Virus record (IMG/VR): IMGVR_UViG_3300034137_000033
Span: 1 to 50,808 of that record
Reading direction: 5' to 3' (one strand)
DNA: 50,808 nt
From: a virus
Lineage: Duplodnaviria > Caudoviricetes
How positions within the stretch are numbered: position 1 is the first letter of the stretch; each line of letters opens with the position of its first letter. The notes under the pieces were generated by a model. It did not search any database. It saw only the letters and a program-made list of their open reading frames with translations, and was not told where the DNA came from. Positions 28,508 to 37,737 of this stretch are shown here, piece by piece. The position numbers were made by a program, and so were the translations under genes.

Positions 28508-28981
28508 ATGATCCCGGTCATCGCCAGAGCTCTGGCGGCATCGTCAACTGGCGACAGATCAATCGAGCTCGTAGCTAATACAAAGCAGCTTCAAGCCTTG
28601 GCCGCGAAGGTGAAGAAGCTAGGCCCGAACAATCCGCACATCCGCGCAGGCTTGCAGGAAGTCGCGGCACTTTGGGAAAACCGGATCAAAGCTAACTTCC
28701 GCCGTTCGGTAAACCCTTATGGCGAAAAATGGGCTGACATCAAAAATCGCAAAGGCCAGCCGCTGCTCGATACAGGCATGCTCCGCAACAGCATCAGTGG
28801 TGAGGTTCGTGGACTCAGCATAGTCCTCGGATCACCCCTTGAATACGCAGACACCCACCAAAACGGGATCAAAGTTAAACAGCGAATGTTCCTGCCGAGC
28901 AAAGAACGTGGACTGCCGGATAAGTGGAAAAATGAGTACGTGAAAATACTAATAAGAAATGTCGAAAAGGCACTCGCATGA
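28508..28981 (+). CDS. Virion morphogenesis/tail completion protein (Mu gpG-like)
   Basis: NPYGEKW, LLDTGMLRNSI, GSPLEYA.HQ.G, RMFL. Confidence 0.85.
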   Translation: MIPVIARALAASSTGDRSIELVANTKQLQALAAKVKKLGPNNPHIRAGLQEVAALWENRIKANFRRSVNPYGEKWADIKNRKGQPLLDTGMLRNSISGEVRGLSIVLGSPLEYADTHQNGIKVKQRMFLPSKERGLPDKWKNEYVKILIRNVEKALA

Positions 28982-29424
28982 ATATCTCCGATCACCTAGA
29001 ACTAATTAAAATCCAACTGGAAGCTTTGCCGTCAAAACCAACCATCAAATTCTTCTCCGGCGAGCTCGAAGTAGACGACCTGAAGAATCTCAAGCTTGAT
29101 GGCAAACGCCCGTACATCCTTCTCTCCTGCGGGGGAGGCAACGTCCCGGACAAGAACTCCAGGGTGAAACTAGAGCTCGACGCAATGTTCGGAGCCTGGG
29201 TTATCGGCAAGATAGATCCAACCACCCACGGAATGTCATCTATCGCTGCTGACACCGCAGTAGAGATTGCAAAGATTATTGAGGGCTTCCGTGGCGACCC
29301 CAAAACAAATACGAAGATCCCCGTGTTACAATTAATCAAAGAAGCATTTAATGGCGTCACTGACGGCAAGTCAGACTTTAGCGCTTGGTCAGTTATCTGG
29401 TCGCAACGAATCGTGCTCGTTTGA
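28978..29424 (+). CDS. Tail terminator (Mu gp37-like, putative)
   Basis: Position between the completion and tube genes, C-terminal AWSVIWSQ. Confidence 0.55.
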   Translation: MNISDHLELIKIQLEALPSKPTIKFFSGELEVDDLKNLKLDGKRPYILLSCGGGNVPDKNSRVKLELDAMFGAWVIGKIDPTTHGMSSIAADTAVEIAKIIEGFRGDPKTNTKIPVLQLIKEAFNGVTDGKSDFSAWSVIWSQRIVLV

Positions 29425-29465
29425 GCTCAAAACAAATACCAACAATAATAAGAATAGGTAAATAT

Positions 29466-30242
29466 ATGTCTTACGGATTTAACTCACCGGACAATACCAT
29501 CGGCTGGATCGGTAACAGCGGTGCAATGATCGAGCGGCTCGACTCAAACGACCAGCCAGTCAGTGGTGCCATGTATGTTGGCCAAGCGTCTTCAGCATCA
29601 CTTGCTCTTAGCTCTGACAAGGTTGAGATGATGGATATGACCTACGGTACGCTTGGTGTTGCACAGTCCAAGGTGATCAAGAACACCGCTGAGCTGACCA
29701 TGAACCTCAAGTCGTTCAATCCAGACGTGCTAGCGCTCGTTATGTACGGCGACGTCTACAAGGACGTTGCGGTGCCAGGTGCCACCGCTTCAATTAAGGC
29801 GTTTAAGGAGTCCAATGCTATTGTCCCTGGGATCATCTCCTTACTGACCAGCGTAACCATCAAGGGAGAGGCTGAGCCACTGACTGAAGGTCAAGACTAC
29901 GTTATCTCTAACGGCTCTCTCTATTTCCCAAAAACCTCGGCAATCCAAGATGGTGATATTGTTGATGTCGTTTACGAAAAAGCCGCTGTGCGCAGGATCG
30001 AGGGCTTCACCAACACCGGTGTGAACGTGCGTATTACCTTCGACGGTATCAACCTGGCAAATGATGATGCCCCGGTGAAAGTGGTTTACCACAAAGTCTC
30101 GCTGTCTCCTGCAGCCCAGCGTCAGCTGTTGTCTTCGGATTACGCGGATCAGGAAATCAAAGGCACCTTGCTTGTATCCAAAGCAGTTACAGGCGCTGGA
30201 CGCTCCAAGCTGTTCGTTGAAGAGCATGTAACTGCAGCCTGA
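29466..30242 (+). CDS. Major tail tube protein
   Basis: 258 aa, LALVMYG, FDGIN, VYHKVSLSP, position before the chaperone and tape measure. Confidence 0.75.
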   Translation: MSYGFNSPDNTIGWIGNSGAMIERLDSNDQPVSGAMYVGQASSASLALSSDKVEMMDMTYGTLGVAQSKVIKNTAELTMNLKSFNPDVLALVMYGDVYKDVAVPGATASIKAFKESNAIVPGIISLLTSVTIKGEAEPLTEGQDYVISNGSLYFPKTSAIQDGDIVDVVYEKAAVRRIEGFTNTGVNVRITFDGINLANDDAPVKVVYHKVSLSPAAQRQLLSSDYADQEIKGTLLVSKAVTGAGRSKLFVEEHVTAA

Positions 30243-30259
30243 TCGCATGCGTTTACATA

Positions 30260-30281
30260 GGGGCCTAGCGGCCCCATTTTT
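30260..30281 (+). terminator. Intrinsic terminator after the tail tube gene
   Basis: GGGGCC-TAGC-GGCCCC-ATTTTT. Confidence 0.65.
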
Positions 30282-31365
30282 ATTGAGATAATTTAAATTC
30301 GAGATTGGGTTGTAGCGCAAATTGCCATAGAGGTAACTGATCTCCGGTATAGCCGTCAGGTATCTTCACGGAAAACACTTCAGGATCGACCCTAGCATCC
30401 AGCGCGACTATCCTGCTCTCGTACACAGTATGTTCATTATAGGCGCTAGTCACCATTGAACTAAGCTCGCCCAACATCGCGAATCCCTGTTCTTCCTCCC
30501 ATGGTACATCTGGATAAAATTCATATCTAACTGATAAAACTCTATCCCCATCCATTCGAGCAGCAGGAGTATCTGTTGTCCAGGTTCCAAAGCGAATTAG
30601 GTAGAACGCTATATTTTTGTCCGCGCCAACCACAATTTCGTTTCCAGCACAGTAAATTTTGACATCACCAATCGTAATGCTCGCCTGACCATCATCTGTA
30701 ACAATGGCCTCATTGTCGACACTGGAGACTAATTCAACTGCAAGATTTGGCGTAGTTCCGATCATCCTGTCACCCAGAACTATCATCTCATTTTTTGCGT
30801 ATGCTTCGATAAAGGTAGTTGTGTACTTATTTCGATGCTCGGTCATAGAGCCTTTCGAAATCAACACCCATTTTCGTATTCTTGAAAAATAGATCGCAAA
30901 CTTTACAGTCGTACCCTGTAGTGCTGCATATGTTTCTAGACGCTCAACGTAATCCTTTCTAAACTCATACCCAGCTTTAGGATCGCCATGATGGCAATTC
31001 TTGACTTCTACCAAGAATCTATTGCCGTCCTGAAGGGTTATTGAATAGTCAGGGGCCTGGATAGGTTTGCCAGATGCAAATATGTTACCGCTGTCCTCCT
31101 GCTTAATCATCGCGCATTGCCCGAGGGCTCCCGCGACGTGAGCAAAAAGAGCCTCTACACGTTTGCCATGAAGTATATTTTGGTTCTTTAGAGAAGCCTT
31201 CAGCGATAAACCAACCTTTTCTAAGAAGTCGTTAATATCATCTTCGGCTTCAATTTTATAATTGTTATCGCGGCTTACTGCGGAGAAAAGCTCTATGGGA
31301 TCAAACTTTAACGGATTTCTAGGTAGTCGCTTCAACTGATTACTGCTCCCTTTATGTTGACCCAT
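30280..31365 (-). CDS. PD-(D/E)xK restriction-endonuclease-like protein (true start possibly TTG 31335)
   Basis: G..VE..F, APDYSI...FLVEVKN. AT-rich. Overlaps the phosphatase stop. Confidence 0.7.
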   Translation of the reverse strand: MGQHKGSSNQLKRLPRNPLKFDPIELFSAVSRDNNYKIEAEDDINDFLEKVGLSLKASLKNQNILHGKRVEALFAHVAGALGQCAMIKQEDSGNIFASGKPIQAPDYSITLQDGNRFLVEVKNCHHGDPKAGYEFRKDYVERLETYAALQGTTVKFAIYFSRIRKWVLISKGSMTEHRNKYTTTFIEAYAKNEMIVLGDRMIGTTPNLAVELVSSVDNEAIVTDDGQASITIGDVKIYCAGNEIVVGADKNIAFYLIRFGTWTTDTPAARMDGDRVLSVRYEFYPDVPWEEEQGFAMLGELSSMVTSAYNEHTVYESRIVALDARVDPEVFSVKIPDGYTGDQLPLWQFALQPNLEFKLSQ

Positions 31366-31955
31366 CGTTGTCCGTCATAGACGATGGACACCATCTCACC
31401 GTTTGTTATTGGGTTTGCAACGTCAAAAGACCGGAATGAACGCATCGCAGCCGAGTCGATTCTCTCCTGAGGCTCGACTATAAGCCACCTCACGGCTTGC
31501 ATGAATTGCCCGTGACCAAAAATCAAGACAGTGCCAGTCACATCGTGCAGACGGCTCAGCACAGATCTAGCCCTCCTGATCAGGTGACTGAACGACTCTG
31601 TACCAGGCCAATCCTCGAAGTCCGGGTCAGCCGAACCCCAGTAGGCGTCTACCCAAGGCTTCCGCTCAGCAGCAGTCGTGTTGGCACAACGCGTTGGGGA
31701 AAGGTAAGTAAATTCTTCCACCGCCCAGATCTCAACCGGACAATCTGAGAATTTCTGGATGGTCGGCAGCGCAGTATCCTGAGCACGCTCAAACGGCGAT
31801 ATCACGATCAGATCGGGCGCTACATCGAACGAATCCGCTACAGCCCGCGCCTGCGCCCAGCCTTTTTCAGTCAGCGGAATCAGCGCCGGGTCTGATGTTG
31901 CATTACCAGCGTTCGCTGCGCTCTCACCATGACGCACGAAATGAACTGTCAGCAT
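31332..31955 (-). CDS. Histidine phosphatase (phosphoglycerate mutase family)
   Basis: FVRHGES..N, SPFERAQDT, GTES, FGHG. Confidence 0.92.
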   Translation of the reverse strand: MLTVHFVRHGESAANAGNATSDPALIPLTEKGWAQARAVADSFDVAPDLIVISPFERAQDTALPTIQKFSDCPVEIWAVEEFTYLSPTRCANTTAAERKPWVDAYWGSADPDFEDWPGTESFSHLIRRARSVLSRLHDVTGTVLIFGHGQFMQAVRWLIVEPQERIDSAAMRSFRSFDVANPITNGEMVSIVYDGQRWVNIKGAVIS

Positions 31956-32296
31956 ACGACCGGCTCCAGATCGCCCTTGGCGGCACTCTCGGCAATCTTG
32001 AACAGTTGGTCGGTCAGCCGATGCACATGCTCAGCACCAACCTGCATCAGCATGTTCTCCATGGCTTCCTTCACCTCTGTATCATCACGCCTGTGCTCCA
32101 GGATGAACGAGATGCAGTTGAATACGCAGTCCAACACATCAAACCGATAACCATCCTGCGCTTCGGAATCCAGCAAGTAATCTAGTGCAACATCAAGCGG
32201 CATGTCATACCCACTAACTTGCAGTATGGCAATGCTTTGACGGCAAACATAATCATCACGCTCAGCAAGCGTTAATTCCGAAATCTTCTGCATCAT
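31949..32296 (-). CDS. Hypothetical acidic helical protein
   Basis: 115 aa, GAGG RBS, overlaps the phosphatase start. Confidence 0.6.
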   Translation of the reverse strand: MMQKISELTLAERDDYVCRQSIAILQVSGYDMPLDVALDYLLDSEAQDGYRFDVLDCVFNCISFILEHRRDDTEVKEAMENMLMQVGAEHVHRLTDQLFKIAESAAKGDLEPVVC

Positions 32297-32401
32297 GGCC
32301 TCTTGCCGTTTGAGCTCAAAGCATTCTTGATCGTCGGCCCATCTGTGTCAATTGAAATGATATGATAGATATATAAAAATAATAATAAGAAAGGCCTTCG
32401 C

Positions 32402-32809
32402 ATGTCTCTGCTCGATTTAGTCGTGCCCTATAAGAAAATTGTCATCACCCAGGCAGTTAAAGATAAACCGGAGGTGTCTTTTGATGTCTACGGATTGACC
32501 ACCGAAGACTTCATTCGATTGGTTGGAAGTCACGGCGACGTCATTGGAGCTATCTTCTTACAGAACGCCAAAGAAGACCTCAAGAATACTGATAATTCCA
32601 AAGTTATCATGCTCAAATTTCCCGAGTTTGGTGCTGCATGTATTGCCGCTGGGTGTAAAGAACCAGAGGCCGCCAGCCATGTGCAGAATCTCCCGCTAAT
32701 GACTCAGATAGAGCTGCTGGCTGCAGTTTTCTCACTCACCTTTCCTGACGGTCTAAAAAAAAGCCTGGAAAGACTAGAGCCGATACTCGCACCGCTGCGG
32801 AAAAAGTAG
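32402..32809 (+). CDS. Tail assembly chaperone (G)
   Basis: VYGLT..D, IAAGC.EP, LP...QIELL..VF.LTF. Lies before the tape measure. Confidence 0.8.
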   Translation: MSLLDLVVPYKKIVITQAVKDKPEVSFDVYGLTTEDFIRLVGSHGDVIGAIFLQNAKEDLKNTDNSKVIMLKFPEFGAACIAAGCKEPEAASHVQNLPLMTQIELLAAVFSLTFPDGLKKSLERLEPILAPLRKK

Positions 32810-33114
32810 AAGATTACGAAGCAGAGCAAAGGCGCATCGCGGATGCCGAAGAAGGTGACGAGCTAGATAGTTTCGTCAATGCCCTGGTTTCAAATTGCGA
32901 ATTCTTAATATCCAGAGGTCACAACACTTCAACCCTCAACCCATACAAATACTCAATCAGAAAGCTCTTCAAAATTGCTGTGGTTCAAAAAGAAATTGGC
33001 CGTGAGCAGCTATTCGGAGAGATGTATGGCAATCACTTGAGCCGAATATCGTGCGTTTCAGGGGATTCAAAACCGTTTAACGATCTGATGAAGAAAATTG
33101 CCGGAGAGCAATAA
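32755..33114 (+). other. Programmed -1 frameshift extension (GT chaperone)
   Basis: A8 run (CTA AAA AAA AGC) at 32755-32762. The -1 frame is open to TAA 33112-33114, 2 nt before the tape-measure ATG, and encodes LISRGH..NPYKYSIRKL. Confidence 0.8.
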
Positions 33115-33116
33115 GT

Positions 33117-35891
33117 ATGTCTAGTAATGCAGTAATTAACTTAATCCTCAAGGCTAAGGACGAAGCATCTAGCGTATTAAAAAGCACAGCAGCCAAGGTG
33201 ACAGCCCTGGTGACTGCGTTTGCCGGTGCTGTCGCGATTAAGGAAACCGTCCAGAGTCTGACCGAGCTTGATTTCGCAGCAAGGCGGCTTGGCGTCTCGA
33301 TGGAAGACCTGACGGCAGCTCAATACGCTGCATTCAGCGGAGCGAACGTTAATCCCGATCAGTTTCTGGACGCCCTAGATGAAGTTCGTATAAAGGTTGA
33401 AGAATTCAGCTCCATAGGTTCTGGTGGTGCCGTCGACTTTTTTGAAGTCCTGAATATATCTGCCGAGAAGTTCAACAAGCTAAATCCATTGCAGCAGTTG
33501 GACAAAATATCTGAAACGATCAAAGGGATGTCTGATAACTCAGCTTTCACTTTCCTCGATCAAATCGGATCTGACTCCCTGCGCAACCTGCTTCCAATTC
33601 TGCGTAATGGTGGAGCTGAGTTCAAAAGGCTTCGCGCCGAGGCTGAGCGTCTAAACCTGACCCTATCTGATGTCGACACGATTTCAGTCGCCCAACTTGG
33701 TAAATCCTTTTCGCAGCTCGAAAAAGTGGGTAGTACGGCTTTCAGCAAAATCGTCGCAGATATCGCTCCTGAGCTGACAGCTCTGACAGAGATGGTGACT
33801 GAAGCCATTGTTGGCATATCGAAAGACACGAAGGCTCCAGTTAAAGATATAGGGCAGACATTCCTTGATGTTTTTTCTGGTGTTGTCGCAAGCCTGAATT
33901 TTACTGTCCAGGTTAAAAATGCGTTCGTTGTCGCCTACAGCGCTATGAAAGAAGTTGTCTTGTCTTTCGCTACGTTCAACCTCAAGCAATTCCAGTTCCT
34001 CGACTCGATCTATACAAAAAGTGCCAACGGTCTCGTCAATATCTTTAGGGCGGCATTCGCAAAGAATCTGGAGTTCCTCAACTCCACATTCATTGAGCCG
34101 ATGAAGCAGTTCGCCAACACGTTCAACCTCGATGCAGCTGCCGGTCAGATCTCGAAATTCCAGGGTGTTCTTTCCGGGCTCCAGGAATCGTCAAGCAAAC
34201 CCATCCAAGTTGCGACAGAAAACAAAAGCATTGGCGAGACTATCAAGCAGCTTCAGGTTCTTAAAGACGAAGCGCATAAGTCTGGGCTAGAGAATTTCAA
34301 GATTTGGAATGATGGTGACTACCAGAAGCAAACCGAAGAAACGATGGCGAAAATCAAGACGAAGGTTCTTGAGAATGAAGACAAAACAAATGCTGAGTTA
34401 GCGAGACGAAAGGACAAGTCCGACCAGGATAAAATCGTAAAACTTCAAACCAAAAACGCCGCCGCATCAGCTCAAATCGCCGCAACACAAGCTCAGCTTC
34501 AAGCCGATCTCGCCAAGAAAGAGATCGACATCACCATCGCGAAGATCGACACGAAAAAACAGGTGGAACTGTCCGGCCTGCAGGAGCGTGTGCGTCTCGA
34601 AAACCTCTCGGCAGTCCAGATCGCTGATGAAAAATTTCGAATCGAAATGGAGGCTGCGAAGAAGCTCAGCGAGCAAAAAAAGAGATCCCTGGAAGTCGAT
34701 ATTATGGCCCTGCAGGGCAGCCTCGCGGGTCAACAAAAGCTTCTTGGCGCGACACAGAACCTGAACGACCGCCCAGGCATTCTCGCAACAATCAATCAAC
34801 TCGAAGCCGACATCACATCGAAGCGCGCAGACCAGGCAACCATCGGCGCAGAGCTCGTCAACCAATCCGCTTTGCTCAAAGCCGACCGTGCCGCAGAGGT
34901 TGGCCTGATCAGACAACAATTGGCTCAGATCAAGGCTGACGCGCAGATCGAGCTACTGGCCATCGGCGGCGACCAGTTCAGCGCTGACATCAAAAAGATC
35001 GAGGCTGACTTCAAGGACAGCATTAAAAACATGGAAAGCCTCGGGGAAGACTCGACGGCGATCCAGAAGCTCATCAGCGCGAAAAAAGCTCAAGCAGAGA
35101 TGCAGGAGATCGAGCGCCAGTACGCCAGTTTGAAGTCAAAGCTGGAGAAGCATCAGATCTCGCCACTCGACTACCTCGATCAAGCCAACAAGTTGGAAGA
35201 GCGCGGTACGAAGGCTGCTGAAGTCACTGGCAACCCCGCAGACCTGGACAAGGTGAAGAAGTCCGCCCAGGACGCTCGCGCCGAAGTTTTCGACCTGCAG
35301 ACGCTGACTGACAACGTGTCGAGCAGCCTGCAAGGTGGTCTGGAGGGTCTCTTCACGGACTTCATCTCAGGTACGAAATCGGCGAAAGAGGCGTTCGCTG
35401 ACTTTGCGCAGGGCGTGCTGAGTGAAGTCGCGAAGATCATTGCAAAGCTTCTCATCCAGCTTGCTATTCAGTCGATGCTTTCAGCCTATACGGGTGGTGC
35501 CAGTGGCGGTGCTGGTAGCCTAATGGGCATGGTCGGAGCTGGTGTAAAGCATGGAGGCGGCATGATTGGAGATTCTGGCCGCTCGCGGAATGTTCCATGG
35601 GGCGTCTTCGCGGATGCCCCGGAGTTCCACACTGGCGGAATCATCGGGCTCAAGCCTAACGACATCCCAATTATTGCCGAGCGTGGAGAAGAAATGTTAA
35701 CCGCTACCGATCCACGTCATCGCAATAATATAGGCAAGGGAAACAAAGGTCAGTCTGATCAAGCACCACGAGTTACTGTTAATAACATGATCGACTCAAT
35801 GTCTATCGCTAATGTTATGGAAGGTAGTCACGGCTCAGCGGCAATTATGAATGTGATTCGTGCGAACAGAAGTGAGATTAAAAACATGTGA
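33117..35891 (+). CDS. Tape measure protein
   Basis: 924 aa, Ala/Gln-rich helical, N-terminal LILKAKDEAS, C-terminal FHTGG..ERGEEML. Confidence 0.9.
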   Translation: MSSNAVINLILKAKDEASSVLKSTAAKVTALVTAFAGAVAIKETVQSLTELDFAARRLGVSMEDLTAAQYAAFSGANVNPDQFLDALDEVRIKVEEFSSIGSGGAVDFFEVLNISAEKFNKLNPLQQLDKISETIKGMSDNSAFTFLDQIGSDSLRNLLPILRNGGAEFKRLRAEAERLNLTLSDVDTISVAQLGKSFSQLEKVGSTAFSKIVADIAPELTALTEMVTEAIVGISKDTKAPVKDIGQTFLDVFSGVVASLNFTVQVKNAFVVAYSAMKEVVLSFATFNLKQFQFLDSIYTKSANGLVNIFRAAFAKNLEFLNSTFIEPMKQFANTFNLDAAAGQISKFQGVLSGLQESSSKPIQVATENKSIGETIKQLQVLKDEAHKSGLENFKIWNDGDYQKQTEETMAKIKTKVLENEDKTNAELARRKDKSDQDKIVKLQTKNAAASAQIAATQAQLQADLAKKEIDITIAKIDTKKQVELSGLQERVRLENLSAVQIADEKFRIEMEAAKKLSEQKKRSLEVDIMALQGSLAGQQKLLGATQNLNDRPGILATINQLEADITSKRADQATIGAELVNQSALLKADRAAEVGLIRQQLAQIKADAQIELLAIGGDQFSADIKKIEADFKDSIKNMESLGEDSTAIQKLISAKKAQAEMQEIERQYASLKSKLEKHQISPLDYLDQANKLEERGTKAAEVTGNPADLDKVKKSAQDARAEVFDLQTLTDNVSSSLQGGLEGLFTDFISGTKSAKEAFADFAQGVLSEVAKIIAKLLIQLAIQSMLSAYTGGASGGAGSLMGMVGAGVKHGGGMIGDSGRSRNVPWGVFADAPEFHTGGIIGLKPNDIPIIAERGEEMLTATDPRHRNNIGKGNKGQSDQAPRVTVNNMIDSMSIANVMEGSHGSAAIMNVIRANRSEIKNM

Positions 35892-35926
35892 TAATATATA
35901 GCTACTGACTAATAAGAATAAAAACA

Positions 35927-36799
35927 ATGACAGTAGCTATAAATACATATGCCAGTGGTGCTGCCTGGCTCTCATCTTTATGTGCTGATATTTTGCCGTC
36001 AAATGGTTGGTCGGTAGTCCGTGATACTTCTACAGAGAAAGTGTTGGGGTTGCCGGGTGATCAGGGGTTTGTGGCGTTTGTGATTGGCGCTGGTGTTGTT
36101 GAGATTCAGGCATTCCCTATTTTCGATCTTGATCAACCTGTCGCTTCGCAGGCTGGTGGATTTAGCTATGCGTACTCTCCGTTCCTACCGCGCTTTGTGC
36201 TGCCTGGTGGGTCGGTAAAGGCGTGGACGCTGGTGAATTCTCGCCGGTTGTGCGCAGTCATCAAGACTGGATCGGTTTTTTACTCCTTCTATGCAGGGCT
36301 GATCCTGCCTTTCGGCTCTAACAAGGTGTATCCATTTCCGTGTTTCATCGGTGGATCTGGTGAGCTCGGTGGGTCTAAGCAGTCTGCATATCCTTTCATG
36401 TCGGGTGGAAATCAGTATTGCCCTAAGGTCTGCTTGCCGACCGGCGCGTGGCAGATCGTGGGTGGTAATTCTGGCGGCAACAGTTCTTTTACGAACGAAT
36501 ATCCTTACTCGTATTCCTACGGCTACGTGCATCCTTTTGATGGGAAATTTCACAAGCTGCGCTCGAAGATCGACGGCAGTGCTGTCGTGTATCCGTCTCT
36601 GGTTGTTAGCTCAGGTCGTTCTTCTGATACCGACATGCTGAATGCCGATGATGGACAGTGGCTCGGTTACCTAGATGGTGTGTATGCGATACCACAGGGC
36701 CGCGTTGCTGAGTCTGTCATTGCCGTTGACGGTGTTGATTACCTTGTCGTTCCGAATGTGGCCAAGGCTTCAGAAACGTATGGGCTGAGGTTGGCATGA
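35927..36799 (+). CDS. Virion structural (tail) protein
   Basis: FYAGLILP, YPFPCFIGGS, GYLDGVY. Located in the tail operon. Confidence 0.6.
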   Translation: MTVAINTYASGAAWLSSLCADILPSNGWSVVRDTSTEKVLGLPGDQGFVAFVIGAGVVEIQAFPIFDLDQPVASQAGGFSYAYSPFLPRFVLPGGSVKAWTLVNSRRLCAVIKTGSVFYSFYAGLILPFGSNKVYPFPCFIGGSGELGGSKQSAYPFMSGGNQYCPKVCLPTGAWQIVGGNSGGNSSFTNEYPYSYSYGYVHPFDGKFHKLRSKIDGSAVVYPSLVVSSGRSSDTDMLNADDGQWLGYLDGVYAIPQGRVAESVIAVDGVDYLVVPNVAKASETYGLRLA

Positions 36800-37737
36800 A
36801 GCACTACTCATCTCGCTACACATCAGCCGATGATCTGGTTGCTGTCATCAAACAACGTCTTGAAATCGAGGGCTGGACTGTGAACCGGTACGGCGGGTTT
36901 GATGATCCGCGAATCGGCATCCAGTTGATGATCTCTCGCGGGGATGCGTTCTTTTGCCTTCGCAGCTTCGGAGAGTCGAGCCCGTACGTTGATTACTACT
37001 CCGCAAGCTCCATTGGACAGCATGGGGTGATCGTCTCTGCTGCAAGCGGCTACAGCAACAGTGCGGGCTTCATCAACCAGCCAGGCTTCCAGTCTTCGCC
37101 TAAGTGCTGCGTTGAGTCTGGGGAAGCCGCTGGGGTGTGCCATTTCTTTATCTCGGACGACCTGGTGATGTTCGTGACTGAGCGTGCCGGAGGTCTGTAT
37201 TCGTGCCTGTCGTTCGGCATGTTGCCGGTGTTATCCCCTGGCTCGGGCGGTCAGTTTGTGACGTCCACAGAGAGCTACCTTAGCAGCCAAAAACAACCAA
37301 TCTTCGCAAACGCATACGCGACGTTCGGCGTTCGTCTTGCTCACTCGGAATGGGCAGGCTGGGACGTTGGGGGGCGGACGTGGGGGCCGCTGAGGCCGAT
37401 TAGCCAGGGTGCTCTGATTGGCGTTCCGCATTTTCATCAGAACGGGACTGAGTACGGGAATGTCGGTGCTGTCGCTCGCGCTAAAGGCCTTGCGGGTGGT
37501 CTTGATGGCCTTGTCCCCATCACGCTGTTTACCGAGTTCGGTGGTGGATTTGCTCCATATGCCGAGCTACCTGAAATTTTCCTGGTGCCACTGGATTCGT
37601 TTGAGCCGGGTGCAGTGTACGAGCTCGGCCCGCATAAATTCATGGTCTTCCCGCAATACGTTAAATCGTTCCCTGTAGACAGGGATTACCCGCACTTCAA
37701 CCTGGGCATTGCAGTGCTGTTGGAGCCCGACGTATGA
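36796..37737 (+). CDS. Virion structural (tail) protein
   Basis: ATGA overlap, GWTV, LVPI.LF, FMVFP. Confidence 0.6.
   Translation: MKHYSSRYTSADDLVAVIKQRLEIEGWTVNRYGGFDDPRIGIQLMISRGDAFFCLRSFGESSPYVDYYSASSIGQHGVIVSAASGYSNSAGFINQPGFQSSPKCCVESGEAAGVCHFFISDDLVMFVTERAGGLYSCLSFGMLPVLSPGSGGQFVTSTESYLSSQKQPIFANAYATFGVRLAHSEWAGWDVGGRTWGPLRPISQGALIGVPHFHQNGTEYGNVGAVARAKGLAGGLDGLVPITLFTEFGGGFAPYAELPEIFLVPLDSFEPGAVYELGPHKFMVFPQYVKSFPVDRDYPHFNLGIAVLLEPDV

Noticed and set aside
27040-29424. Transposable (Mu-like) phage
   Set aside because: Only the morphogenesis genes are Mu-like. There is no MuA/MuB, and the element has a tyrosine integrase and att sites.
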